This document shows, piece by piece, positions 1 through 8,975 of a DNA stretch of 32,000 nucleotides. Made by a program: the position numbers and the translations under genes. Under the pieces are notes generated by a model. It ran no database searches, had not been told where the DNA came from, and saw only the letters and a program-made list of their open reading frames with translations. Source of the DNA: Candidatus Methylomirabilis oxygeniifera (GTDB lineage Bacteria; Methylomirabilota; Methylomirabilia; Methylomirabilales; Methylomirabilaceae). Every line of letters begins with the position of its first letter. Positions within the stretch are counted from its first letter, which is position 1. The stretch covers positions 1,920,001-1,952,000 of the forward strand of contig FP565575.1 of assembly GCA_000091165.1 (NCBI GenBank), given 5' to 3'.

Positions 1-503
1 TTGAGGATCTGATCTTGACCTTTGGCGAACAACCCTGAGACATACGAATCCGGCTGTGGCCTCGCCTGTCGATCCTTGATAACCTCGAAGATCTGTTGGA
101 GAATCGCAAGGCTCCCGCCGTAGACCGCCTCCGGATCGAACTGCTGTCGCGCTAACTCCTCCGGCACCTCTGAGTCCGGATGCAGGCGACGGAAAAAACA
201 GGACCGTCGACCGGTATGGCAAGCCGCCACTACCTGCTCGGCCTTGACCAGCAGGGTATCCTCATCGCAGTCGACATAGATCTCGCGCACGCGCTGAATG
301 TGGCCGGACTCCTCCCCCTTTTGCCAGATGCGCTGCCTCGATCGGCTATAAAAATGGGTAAGACCGGTCTCGACGGTCAGTCGCAGCGACTCTTCATTCA
401 TGTAGGCAAGGGTCAGGACCTGGCCGCTCTCAGCATCCTGTACAATGGCCGGGATCAGCCCCGATGCATCGAACCGAATTTGCGCACGATCGAATCGCTC
501 CAT
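1..503 (-). CDS. hisIE: Phosphoribosyl-AMP cyclohydrolase / phosphoribosyl-ATP pyrophosphatase (HisIE), 3' end truncated by window edge
   Basis: Reverse-strand translation from 503 gives [40 protein letters not shown]...[30 protein letters not shown], the HisI motifs, then a HisE-like start ([16 protein letters not shown]...). Adjacent to hisF. Confidence 0.9.
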   Translation of the reverse strand, partial: MERFDRAQIRFDASGLIPAIVQDAESGQVLTLAYMNEESLRLTVETGLTHFYSRSRQRIWQKGEESGHIQRVREIYVDCDEDTLLVKAEQVVAACHTGRRSCFFRRLHPDSEVPEELARQQFDPEAVYGGSLAILQQIFEVIKDRQARPQPDSYVSGLFAKGQDQIL

Positions 504-509
504 AGCCCT

Positions 510-1349
510 TTAATCCCGCACCGGGACGCCACGGCCACGCAGGTACGCCTTCGCATCCTGGATTGCGTATTCACGGAAATGAAAGATTGAGGCAGCCAGC
601 GCAGCGTCAGCCCTCCCTTTCACCAATGCCTCATACAGATGATCCAGCGTACCAGCGCCTCCCGAAGCGATGACCGGGATCGTCACGGCATCTGCTACTG
701 CGCGAGTGAGGGCCAGATCGTAGCCATCCTTCGTCCCATCTCTGTCCATGCTGGTCAGCAGGATCTCCCCGGCCCCGAGCGCCTCCCCTTGCTTCGCCCA
801 CCCGACAGCATCAAGTCCGGTCGGGGTCCGTCCACCATGAGTGTAGACCTGCCAGCGCGGAGCGCCGGATGGGGTGTGGGGTGTGGGGTGTGGGGTGTGG
901 GGACCTGCTACCTCAACACTCGACACTTGACACTTGACACTATCACTGACCCGTTTCGCATCGATGGCGAGGACAATGCACTGGCTTCCGAACCGCATGG
1001 CGGCCTCAGTAAGCAGTTCCGGGCGCTCGACGGCCGCCGTGTTCAGCGAGACCTTGTCGGCGCCTGCGAGCAGCAGCGTTCGAATATCCTCTACCACCCG
1101 GACTCCACCACCAACGGTGAGGGGGGTAAAGGTCATCTCGGCCGTTCGACGGACCACATCAAGTAAGATGTCCCGCCGCTCATAGGAGGCGGTGATGTCG
1201 AGAAAGACCAGCTCGTCAGCTCCCTGTTGGTCATACAGCGCCGCCACCTCGGCCGGATCGCCCGCGTCGCGGAGATCTACAAACCGCGTCCCTTTCACGA
1301 CACGCCCGTCTTTCACATCCAGACATGGGATGATCCGCTTTGCCAGCAT
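510..1349 (-). CDS. hisF: Imidazole glycerol phosphate synthase subunit HisF, with an in-frame repeat-derived insertion
   Basis: [20 protein letters not shown]...VVGGGVR-like, [31 protein letters not shown]. Insertion [30 protein letters not shown] after AIDAKRV. Confidence 0.97.
   Translation of the reverse strand: MLAKRIIPCLDVKDGRVVKGTRFVDLRDAGDPAEVAALYDQQGADELVFLDITASYERRDILLDVVRRTAEMTFTPLTVGGGVRVVEDIRTLLLAGADKVSLNTAAVERPELLTEAAMRFGSQCIVLAIDAKRVSDSVKCQVSSVEVAGPHTPHPTPHTPSGAPRWQVYTHGGRTPTGLDAVGWAKQGEALGAGEILLTSMDRDGTKDGYDLALTRAVADAVTIPVIASGGAGTLDHLYEALVKGRADAALAASIFHFREYAIQDAKAYLRGRGVPVRD
867..950. repeat. Heptanucleotide repeat cluster inside hisF: GGGGTGT x4 (871-898) plus CTCAACA/CTCGACA/CTTGACA/CTTGACA (912-939)
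   Basis: Direct reading of tandem 7-mers. The segment encodes the extra residues in HisF. Confidence 0.95.
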
Positions 1350-1352
1350 GAT

Positions 1353-2075
1353 TTATTTTGCCGCCGCAATCGCTTCGTTCAGTGAGAATCTACCCTCGTA
1401 CAGGGCCTTCCCGACCAGGGCACCAATGACGATAGTGGGTTCAAGCGTCGCGACTCGCCTGAGATCGTCGAGTGTGGCAATCCCTCCGGACGCGATGATC
1501 GGGTGGCGGGCCGCCTGAGCCATTTGTTGCAACGCGCCCAGATTCGGTCCCGTGAGCATCCCGTCTCGCTCGATATCGGTATAGATAATCGCTGCCAGCG
1601 GAAGATCGGCCGCTCGTATCGCCAGATCGGCCGCGAGCAGCTCGGTGGCCTCCACCCAACCCCGTACCGCAACCTTCCCGTTTTTCGCATCGATTCCGAG
1701 CAGTACGCGACCGGGATAGCGATGGGCAGCCTCCCTCAAGAATCCCTCATCCTGGATGGCAGCCGTCCCAATGACGGCTCGCTCGATGCCGGAGGCAAAC
1801 GCCTGCTCCAAGGCAGCTAGATTCCGTAATCCGCCACCAAGCTGCACAGGAATCTTGATCGATCGGGCCACTTGGGCAACAACGGAAAGCTGCTGCGGCG
1901 TTCCGGCAAAGGCGCCGTCAAGATCGACCACGTGCAGAATCGGCGCCCCTTCATCCTCCCACCTCTTGGCCATAGCGACCGGGTCGGCGGAATAGGCGGT
2001 TTGACGTAGGGGATCGCCTTGCGACAACCGAACGACGTGGCCCCCTTTCAGGTCGATCGCGGGAATGATCAGCAT
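1353..2075 (-). CDS. hisA: Phosphoribosylformimino-5-aminoimidazole carboxamide ribotide isomerase HisA
   Basis: [21 protein letters not shown]...VQLGGGLR...ERAVIGTAA...[14 protein letters not shown]...IIASGG. Confidence 0.97.
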   Translation of the reverse strand: MLIIPAIDLKGGHVVRLSQGDPLRQTAYSADPVAMAKRWEDEGAPILHVVDLDGAFAGTPQQLSVVAQVARSIKIPVQLGGGLRNLAALEQAFASGIERAVIGTAAIQDEGFLREAAHRYPGRVLLGIDAKNGKVAVRGWVEATELLAADLAIRAADLPLAAIIYTDIERDGMLTGPNLGALQQMAQAARHPIIASGGIATLDDLRRVATLEPTIVIGALVGKALYEGRFSLNEAIAAAK

Positions 2076-2248
2076 CTACGTGAGAGAGGCGAAGTTTTTC
2101 AGCAGTTGCAGGCCTAAGGCTTGACTCTTCTCGGGGTGAAACCGGCAGGCGAAGAGGTTATCACGCCACAGTACTGAGGTGAATCGAAGGCCATACTCGG
2201 TCGTCGCGGCGATCACGCTTTTATCCTCCGGTTGTACATAGTAGGAGT
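1985..2248. repeat. Left copy of ~264-bp direct repeat (hisA 5' end + hisH 3' end)
   Basis: Near-identical to ~3163-3425, from CGGCGGAATAGGCGGTTTGACG... to ...GTTGTACATAGTAGGAGT. Confidence 0.93.
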
Positions 2249-2312
2249 AGAGCACACAGGCACTTGTATCGCGGGTTTCTCTATCGGGCTGAGTATAGAC
2301 AAGGTGGTGCAT
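2076..2312 (-). pseudogene. C-terminal fragment of HisH (glutamine amidotransferase subunit), lacking the nucleophile region
   Basis: [56 protein letters not shown] matches the last ~56 residues of the intact HisH at 3253-3885. The N-terminal GVCLGxH region is absent and the first ~22 residues are unrelated. Confidence 0.88.
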
Positions 2313-2540
2313 AGTGTCAATGAGGGGAAATCAAGGAGCTTTGGGGAAGGCAGACCCAGGGACACCAATCCGTTTCTTGGGATAGCGCTTGGTTTTGTTG
2401 AAGTACTTCTTTGTTGAGACGTCATATAGTATTCTTAGTAAGAGTTTAACGGTGTGTCGTATGTGGTACCATTTGTCCTTATCAATTACGGCAGTATTGC
2501 ATTTTCAGGCTCCACTCTCTTTTAATAAGGAACTCTACAG

Positions 2541-3056
2541 ATGACAAAGCTAATGAAAATATCCTTTCTCCTTTTTATTAGTATGGTCGTGTCGTCCATG
2601 TTCACCGCAACTGTTGCCTTGGCCGATTGTTATCGGGACTGTATGGAAGCGTCTGGCTGTTGGAGTACAGAACCAGGAGTTAACGTAAGTTATTGCAGCG
2701 ACACCCAAGCCCGATGTTCATCAGATTGCCTCAATGAAGGCCCAAGCGGCCGTGGTAAAATCTACGGCGCCATCGCCTACAGCAAAGAAAACGGAGCGTA
2801 TGGCTACTCTCACGGCTGGACGAACCAGAAAAAAGCCGAAGCAGTCGCGCTTAAAAACTGCTCGGAACACGGATCGGGATGCGAATCGGTGGTGTGGTTT
2901 CATAATAGCTGCGGTGCAGTGGCAAGCGATGGCAGACGTGTGACCTGGGGGCAAGCTGATTCTGCGCAGGTCGCCATGAAGCAAGCCCTCGACAAATGCA
3001 ATAAAAGCTTTCTTAGGGGAAAGTGCAAAAACGTGGCGTCCCACTGTTCAGGATAG
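2541..3056 (+). CDS. Secreted Cys-rich protein with DUF4189-like domain
   Basis: Signal peptide MTKLMKISFLLFISMVVSSMFTATVALA, then YGAIAYSKENGAYGYSHGWTNQKKAEAVALKNCSEHGSGCESVVWFHNSCGAVA...; upstream AAGGAA. Opposite strand to the surrounding his operon. Confidence 0.72.
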   Translation: MTKLMKISFLLFISMVVSSMFTATVALADCYRDCMEASGCWSTEPGVNVSYCSDTQARCSSDCLNEGPSGRGKIYGAIAYSKENGAYGYSHGWTNQKKAEAVALKNCSEHGSGCESVVWFHNSCGAVASDGRRVTWGQADSAQVAMKQALDKCNKSFLRGKCKNVASHCSG

Positions 3057-3096
3057 ACCGCGCCATTGTCTAAAAAGTCTCGGCCGCCCCATCACA

Positions 3097-3166
3097 GACA
3101 TGCCATTAATTCATCGGGGCCTATTGTGCCATCACCGTTCACATCGAGTATATCGAGGGAGCGGCG
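3097..3166 (-). pseudogene. Short EF-hand/dockerin-like coding remnant
   Basis: Reverse-strand translation reads RRSLDILDVNGDGTIGPDELMACL*. DVNGDGTIGPDE fits a canonical 12-residue EF-hand loop. No start or upstream domain. Confidence 0.5.
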
Positions 3167-3425
3167 GAATAGGCGGTTTGACGTAGGGGATCGCCTTGCG
3201 ACAACCGAACGACGTGGCCCCCTTTCAGGTCGATTGCGGGAATGATCAGCCTCTACGTGAGAGAGGCGAAGTTTTTCAGCAGTTGCAGGCCCAAGGCTTG
3301 ACTCTTCTCGGGGTGAAACTGGCAGGCGAAGAGGTTATCACGCCACAGCACTGAGGTGAACCGGATACCGTATTCGGTCGTGGCAGCGATCACGTTGTCA
3401 TCCTCCGGTTGTACATAGTAGGAGT
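3163..3425. repeat. Right copy of the ~264-bp direct repeat; contains a dead hisA 5' fragment (start ATG changed to AGG) and the 3' end of the intact hisH
   Basis: Compared with the left copy: left AGCATCTACG, right AGCCTCTACG, so the hisA start codon is lost here. Confidence 0.92.
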
Positions 3426-3885
3426 GGACGAAATAGAAAAATGCCCCATCGGGGATGCCCTTGAAGATCGGAGTCTGCTGTTCGATCCGGACGCGGTTCC
3501 ACCCCATGTGGGGGATCTTGAGTGGGGGCGATTCGCGAATCGCCTCTACCGCGGCATTCTTGAATCGGACGACCCGCCCCTTGATGATGTTGAGACCCGC
3601 ATGATGTCCGAACTCCTCGCTCTCACTGAACAGGAAGTGCAGTCCCAGGCAGATACCGAGAACCGGCGTACCCGCCTCAATCGCCCGAAGTAGCGGCTCG
3701 ATAAATCCACCATCCCGAAGCTTACTGATCCCATCGGCAAATGCACCGACCCCGGGTAGGACAATGCCGGATGCGTCACGGAGCGTTCGCGGATCCTCCG
3801 CGACCTTGGCGTCGGCCCCAACGCGCTCGAATCCCTTTTGGACGCTTCGGAGGTTCGCAATACCGGAATCGATAATGGCAATCAC
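3253..3885 (-). CDS. hisH: Imidazole glycerol phosphate synthase subunit HisH
   Basis: MIAIIDSGIANLRSVQKGFERVG...GVLPGVGAF-like, GICLGLHFLF nucleophile, HPEKSQ. Confidence 0.97.
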   Translation of the reverse strand: MIAIIDSGIANLRSVQKGFERVGADAKVAEDPRTLRDASGIVLPGVGAFADGISKLRDGGFIEPLLRAIEAGTPVLGICLGLHFLFSESEEFGHHAGLNIIKGRVVRFKNAAVEAIRESPPLKIPHMGWNRVRIEQQTPIFKGIPDGAFFYFVHSYYVQPEDDNVIAATTEYGIRFTSVLWRDNLFACQFHPEKSQALGLQLLKNFASLT

Positions 3886-4469
3886 AAACTGCCTTTCGTC
3901 GAGGGGACGTCGGCGATCCGTAGATCAATCGCCGTCGCCTGATCGAGACACTTGGCCAATGCCTTAAAGATCGCTTCGACGCAATGGTGCAGATTCTCAC
4001 CATACAGGACCGCCACATGGAGGTCTACCTTCATGTTCATAACCAAAGCGCGCATGAACTCCTTGACGAGCGTGACATCGAAATCACCGATCCGACCCTG
4101 GAGTTGGGACGCCTCATAGACCAGATAGGGACGACCGCTGATGTCGAGCGCCACGCGCGCCAGCGCCTCATCCAGCGGGACAAGCGCCGAGGCGAACCGC
4201 CGGATACCCCGCTTGTCCCCCATGGCCTGAGCGAACGCGTCGCCGAGCGCGATCCCGACATCCTCCACGGTATGGTGCAGATCGATCTGAAGGTCGCCTC
4301 GCGCCTCAATGCTGAGGTCGAAGAGACCGTGTGTCGCCAATTGGGCCAGCATGTGATCAAGGAAAGGGACCTGAGTCTGAAGCGTGTGTCGGCCCGTTCC
4401 GTCCAGGTTGAGCTCCACCGTAACATCGGTTTCTGAGGTCTTCCTGCATACCCTGGCTGTTCGGCTCAT
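3882..4469 (-). CDS. hisB: Imidazoleglycerol-phosphate dehydratase
   Basis: MSRTARVCRKTSETDVTVELNLDGTGRHTLQTQVPFLDHML...DLQIDLHHTVEDVGI...HHCVEAIFKALAKCL. The open frame extends to 4514. Confidence 0.96.
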   Translation of the reverse strand: MSRTARVCRKTSETDVTVELNLDGTGRHTLQTQVPFLDHMLAQLATHGLFDLSIEARGDLQIDLHHTVEDVGIALGDAFAQAMGDKRGIRRFASALVPLDEALARVALDISGRPYLVYEASQLQGRIGDFDVTLVKEFMRALVMNMKVDLHVAVLYGENLHHCVEAIFKALAKCLDQATAIDLRIADVPSTKGSL

Positions 4470-4588
4470 GATCCGCTCTCCGTCCTCTGTGTCATCTCGC
4501 GTTGCACATCGCACCTCAAGAACAGGGTATAGGGCCTAGAGTTGAGGGTAAAGAACAGAACCCTGTCTGATCCCTGCATCCTCAGCTT

Positions 4589-5668
4589 TCAATCCTGCTT
4601 CAGGGCCTTCGTCAATGCCTCCACAAACCGATTGTTCTCTGCTTTCGTCCCCACAGTGACCCGCAGGCAGTCTTGCAGGCCCGGCACCGACCCAATATTT
4701 CGCACCAAGACGCCCTGCTGAAGCAGCGCTCCGAACAGATCGCCTCCAGAATGCGTCGTCCGAAAGAGGATGAAGTTCGCTGCCGACGGAAAGGCTTCGA
4801 CGCCTGGTAACGCGACCAGACAGCCCATCACCCGCTCCCGCTCCCGGACCACCTCACCAATGTTGGCATCGATCCACTCATGGTGGTTGAGCAGTACGAC
4901 AGCGGCCGTCTGGGAGAAACTGTTCAGGTTGAACGGGAGGCGGACCTTCTCTATCTCGGCCGCGAGCGCAGGATGGGCAACGAGGTAGCCGATTCGCAGA
5001 CCGGCCAGTCCGATCTTGGAGAGGGAGTGGAGGATAACCAGCCGCTCCTGATCGATCAGGTGCGGCAGCATGGTCCGTCCGGCGTATGGCCCATAGGCTT
5101 CGTCCACCACGACCAATCCGGGCGCAACGGCAAGAATCTTACAGATCTCCGCCTCGGAGAAGACCCCGCCGGTTGGGTTGTTTGGTGTCGCGAGAAAGAT
5201 GATCCTGGGGCGCAATCGCTCGATGGTCTCGATCAGTGTCGGCAGGTCTGGCTCAAAGCGAGGGCCGAGCGGTACCCCTTCGAAGCGCAGTCCGTGAGCC
5301 CTCGCGATCAGTTCATACATCGAAAACGTCGGAACCGGGGCGAGCGCCGTAGCGCCAGGTCCGGAAGTCGCCAGCAGCAACAGTTGGATCAGCTCATCGG
5401 ACCCATTGCCGAGGACAAGCGATTCCGGCGACACCCGGAGCTGTGCGGCCAGGACTGATCGGAGCCGATCCGCTTTCGCATCCGGGTAGCGATGGACGTC
5501 TACCTGATCCAACGCACAGCGAAGTTCCCGGCGAAGCTCCTCGGGGAGCAGAAACGGGCTTTCATTGGCATCGAGCTTGATCAGACCTGGTCGTGGCTCC
5601 TCGGCTCGATACGCTGTCAGGCTCAGCACTTCAGGCTTGATCAAATCGAGCAGGCGCGGCCTCTTCAT
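4589..5668 (-). CDS. hisC: Histidinol-phosphate aminotransferase
   Basis: LDANESPF...YPDAKADRLRSVLAAQL...GNGSDELIQLLL...NPNNPTGG-like (TPNNPTGG)...SLSKIGLAGLRIGY. Confidence 0.96.
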   Translation of the reverse strand: MKRPRLLDLIKPEVLSLTAYRAEEPRPGLIKLDANESPFLLPEELRRELRCALDQVDVHRYPDAKADRLRSVLAAQLRVSPESLVLGNGSDELIQLLLLATSGPGATALAPVPTFSMYELIARAHGLRFEGVPLGPRFEPDLPTLIETIERLRPRIIFLATPNNPTGGVFSEAEICKILAVAPGLVVVDEAYGPYAGRTMLPHLIDQERLVILHSLSKIGLAGLRIGYLVAHPALAAEIEKVRLPFNLNSFSQTAAVVLLNHHEWIDANIGEVVRERERVMGCLVALPGVEAFPSAANFILFRTTHSGGDLFGALLQQGVLVRNIGSVPGLQDCLRVTVGTKAENNRFVEALTKALKQD

Positions 5669-5669
5669 G

Positions 5670-6959
5670 TCAGCTCAGCCTCCGGATCGAGGCCGCCCTC
5701 GCGTGGGCCTCAAGTCCCTCCAGACGGGCCAGCTCAACCAATGTCGGCTCCAGTGCCTCCAGCTTCTGTCGGCTGAAGGCGATCAGTGAACTCTGACGTT
5801 GGAAATCGGCCACGGAGAGGGGCGACGCAAAACGCGCCGTCCCTCCGGTCGGCAGGATATGATTCGGTCCGGCCAGGTAATCACCCACTACCTCCGGACT
5901 GGCACCTCCCATGAAAATAGCGCCCGCGTGTCTGATTTGCGGCAATAGTCCCCAGGGGTCCTTCACCAATAGTTCCAGGTGCTCAGGCGCGATCTCATTG
6001 CAGAGGGTGGCGGCCTCGCCCAGTCCCTTCACGACGACTGCCGCGCCGAACTGCTCCAAGGAGGCCTCTGCAATCTGTCGCCTGGGCAACAGCGCGACTT
6101 GGCGTGTGACCTCGTTCACCACCTCTCCGGCAAGCCGCTGGGATGGAGTGAGCAGCATCGCGCTGGAGAGCGGATCATGTTCAGCCTGCGAAAGCAGGTC
6201 GGCGGCAACCCAGGCGGCGTCGGCCTCCTCGTCGGCGATGATCAACAACTCCGTCGGGCCGGCGATCATATCGATCCCGACCTGTCCGAAGACCAGCCGC
6301 TTGGCCGCCGCAACATACACGTTTCCCGGACCCACGATCTTATCCACCCTCGGAATCGATGCAGTCCCATAGGCCATGGCCGCCACTGCCTGAACGCCGC
6401 CCGCCTTATAGATCGTATGAACCCCGCACAGATCGGCAGCAACCAGCACCGCGTCCGCGACCTTGCCGTCGCGACGCGGCGGCGTACACATCACGACCTC
6501 CGCGACGCCGGCAATCGCAGCCGGAATCGCATTCATGAGCACCGTAGACGGGTAGGCCGCCGTGCCACCAGGAACATAGATCCCTACCCGGTCCAGCGGA
6601 CGGACAACCATCCCGACGATCGCCCCGTCTTCCTCCGAGAACCAGGAGGGGCGGAGCTGTCGGAGATGAAAGGCCCTGACCCGCGATACCGCCGTCTTGA
6701 TCGCCTCAAGGGACGCGGGCGGCAAGGCGACATATGCGGCCTCAACCTCCCCTGACTTCACCTGCACCGACGCGGCATCGAGACGGACACCGTCGAACCG
6801 CTCCGTCTGCTCGAAAAGAGCGCTATCACCGCCCGTCCGTATCGCGTCAAGGATACCGCGAACGGTCCGCTCAACTTCGGCAGGCAGCGCGCCTTGTCGG
6901 GACCTGAGCTGCGCGACAAACAGCCGCCACTCTTGCGATCCGGCCTGAAGCAGCTTCAT
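5670..6959 (-). CDS. hisD: Histidinol dehydrogenase
   Basis: RPLDRVGIYVPGGTAAYPSTVLMNAIPA...VDKIVGPGNVYVAAAKRLVFGQVGIDMIAGPTE...AGPNHILPTGGTARF. Confidence 0.97.
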   Translation of the reverse strand: MKLLQAGSQEWRLFVAQLRSRQGALPAEVERTVRGILDAIRTGGDSALFEQTERFDGVRLDAASVQVKSGEVEAAYVALPPASLEAIKTAVSRVRAFHLRQLRPSWFSEEDGAIVGMVVRPLDRVGIYVPGGTAAYPSTVLMNAIPAAIAGVAEVVMCTPPRRDGKVADAVLVAADLCGVHTIYKAGGVQAVAAMAYGTASIPRVDKIVGPGNVYVAAAKRLVFGQVGIDMIAGPTELLIIADEEADAAWVAADLLSQAEHDPLSSAMLLTPSQRLAGEVVNEVTRQVALLPRRQIAEASLEQFGAAVVVKGLGEAATLCNEIAPEHLELLVKDPWGLLPQIRHAGAIFMGGASPEVVGDYLAGPNHILPTGGTARFASPLSVADFQRQSSLIAFSRQKLEALEPTLVELARLEGLEAHARAASIRRLS

Positions 6960-7639
6960 ACGCGCGCCCTCACCGATTGCGCCTCAACCTGCTTCCGCAT
7001 CTCCTCGATCAGATCCTGGACCCGGCGGTACTTTGTCTTGAGGCTCGCCCGATTGACGATGAGCCGCGCCGTAGCCTTGGCGATCTCCTCAACCTCCACC
7101 AACCCGTTCTCCTTCAAGGTCTGTCCGGTCTCCACGAGGTCAACGATTCGCTCGGCCAGCCCCACAAGGGGCGCAAGCTCAAGAGACCCATTTAATTTAA
7201 TGATCTCTGCCTGGATCCCTTTGCGGCTGAAGAACGCTTCCGCGAGATGTGGATATTTGGTAGCCAGTCTCAGATGCGACCAGGAATGGGGGTCATCCTG
7301 CTTACGGAGTTCGGCGGGCTCTGCGACAACAAGTCGACAGGCGCCGAATCTGAGATCCAGCGGCTCATAGACATCACGGCACTGCTCGAGGAGCTGGTCC
7401 TTCCCCACGATCCCCATATCGGCGGCACCGTGCTCAACGTAGGTCGGAATGTCGGCAGGTTTCAATGTGAGGAACTGCAGTTGTCGAACCGGGTCCTCGC
7501 AGATCAGGCGGCGTGAATCAGCAAAACCTCGGAGACATGTGATGCCCATTCCCTCAAAGAGCGCCATGACAGGGGATAACAGACGGCCCTTGGGCAGCGC
7601 GATGGCAATGACGTCGTTATTTGAAGTTCCAGGTGTCAT
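6956..7639 (-). CDS. hisG: ATP phosphoribosyltransferase, short form
   Basis: IAIALPKGRLLSPVMALFEGMGI...LTLKPADIPTYVEHGAADMGIVGKD...; ~227 aa from the MTPGTSNN start. The open frame runs to 7708 through repeat-like sequence. The exact start is uncertain. Confidence 0.9.
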   Translation of the reverse strand: MTPGTSNNDVIAIALPKGRLLSPVMALFEGMGITCLRGFADSRRLICEDPVRQLQFLTLKPADIPTYVEHGAADMGIVGKDQLLEQCRDVYEPLDLRFGACRLVVAEPAELRKQDDPHSWSHLRLATKYPHLAEAFFSRKGIQAEIIKLNGSLELAPLVGLAERIVDLVETGQTLKENGLVEVEEIAKATARLIVNRASLKTKYRRVQDLIEEMRKQVEAQSVRARV

Positions 7640-7640
7640 A

Positions 7641-7710
7641 TTTCGCGTTTCGAATTTCGGGTCACTAGAAGAGTCCCACCTCGACACCCAACACTGCACA
7701 CTCGACACTC
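7641..7710. repeat. Degenerate heptamer clusters upstream of hisG: TTTCGCG/TTTCGAA/TTTCGGG (7641-7661) and CGACACC/CAACACT/GCACACT/CGACACT (7682-7709)
   Basis: Direct reading. Confidence 0.8.
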
Positions 7711-7718
7711 TCTGTTAT

Positions 7719-8975
7719 TTATTCTGCGACTCGCTCGATGTCGGCGCCAAGGCCCTGAAGCTTTGTTTCAATCGACTCATATCCCCGGTCGAGATGATAG
7801 ACTCGCGAGACGGTGGTGGTCCCCTGAGCGGCCAGTCCTGCGAGAACCAGCGATGCGCTCGCCCGCAGATCGGTCGCCATCACCGGTGCGCCCGATAGCA
7901 TGGGAATGCCATGGACAAACGCCGTAGTGCCGATCACCTTGATATCCGCACCCATCCTCAGCAGCTCATTCACGTGCATGAATCGGTTCTCAAATACGGT
8001 CTCGGTGATGACGCTGCTCCCCTGGGCAATAGACATCAGCGCCATGAACTGCGCCTGCATATCGGTGGCAAATCCTGGATAGGGATGGGTTCTGACATTG
8101 ACCCCTCGCAATTGTCCGTCTCCCAAGACCCGAATACTGCGGTCCGTCTCCTCTATCAGTACGCCGGTCTCCCGCAGTTTCTCTGTAATCGCCTCCAGGT
8201 GGCCCGGCAGGCAATGAGTGACGGTGACGTCTCCGCCGGTGATCGCGGCCGCAACCATAAAGGTCCCCGTCTCGATCCTGTCCGGAATCACCTCGTGCGC
8301 TGCTCCGTGCAGATGCGAGACGCCCTCGATAGTGATCGTCGGCGTTCCCGCGCCCTCGATGCTCGCGCCCATACCATTCAGCAGAGCGGCCAGGTCGACG
8401 ACCTCGGGCTCGCACGCAGCGTTCTCCAGCACCGTCACCCCATCGGCCAGCGTGGCGGCCATCATTACATTCTCAGTGCCGGTGACGGTCTGGCCATCGA
8501 ATGTAATCCTGGCGCCCTTCAAACGCGACGCCTTCGCTTCAACGTATCCTGCGTCAAGGCTGACCGTTGCACCCATCTTCTCAAGCGCCGCCAGATGCAG
8601 ATTGATCGGCCGTGACCCGATGGCGCACCCTCCCGGCAAAGAGACCCGTGCTCGTCCGAATCGGGCCACCAGGGGGCCGAGAACCAGTACCGATGCCCGC
8701 ATCGTCTTGACCAGTTGATAGGGCGCCTCACACTGACCGATGCCATCGGCACGAAGGGATAGAGTCTCTCGATCGCGTCGTTCGACGCTCACACCTAAAT
8801 GGCTGAGCAGACCGATAGTCGTCTTCACGTCGCCCAATTGCGGAACACGATGAAGCTGGATCGACTCTCCTGTAAGCAACGAGGCCACCATCTCTGGCAG
8901 GGCCGCGTTCTTTGCGCCACCAGCCTCCACCTGTCCTCTGAGGGGGACCCCGCCTCTGATAATCAGCCTATCCAT
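7719..8975 (-). CDS. murA: UDP-N-acetylglucosamine 1-carboxyvinyltransferase
   Basis: [34 protein letters not shown]...[25 protein letters not shown]...; the open frame extends to 8999. Confidence 0.96.
   Translation of the reverse strand: MDRLIIRGGVPLRGQVEAGGAKNAALPEMVASLLTGESIQLHRVPQLGDVKTTIGLLSHLGVSVERRDRETLSLRADGIGQCEAPYQLVKTMRASVLVLGPLVARFGRARVSLPGGCAIGSRPINLHLAALEKMGATVSLDAGYVEAKASRLKGARITFDGQTVTGTENVMMAATLADGVTVLENAACEPEVVDLAALLNGMGASIEGAGTPTITIEGVSHLHGAAHEVIPDRIETGTFMVAAAITGGDVTVTHCLPGHLEAITEKLRETGVLIEETDRSIRVLGDGQLRGVNVRTHPYPGFATDMQAQFMALMSIAQGSSVITETVFENRFMHVNELLRMGADIKVIGTTAFVHGIPMLSGAPVMATDLRASASLVLAGLAAQGTTTVSRVYHLDRGYESIETKLQGLGADIERVAE

Noticed and set aside
871-940. Heptamer arrays as CRISPR repeats
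   Set aside because: Units are 7 bp, directly adjacent and without spacers, so they are minisatellite-like tandem repeats and not CRISPR.
639-1166. 175-aa + strand ORF (and the similar 934-1185 and 1192-1518 ORFs)
   Set aside because: Antisense to hisF, which has clear motifs. The frames are shadows, partly opened by the heptamer repeats.
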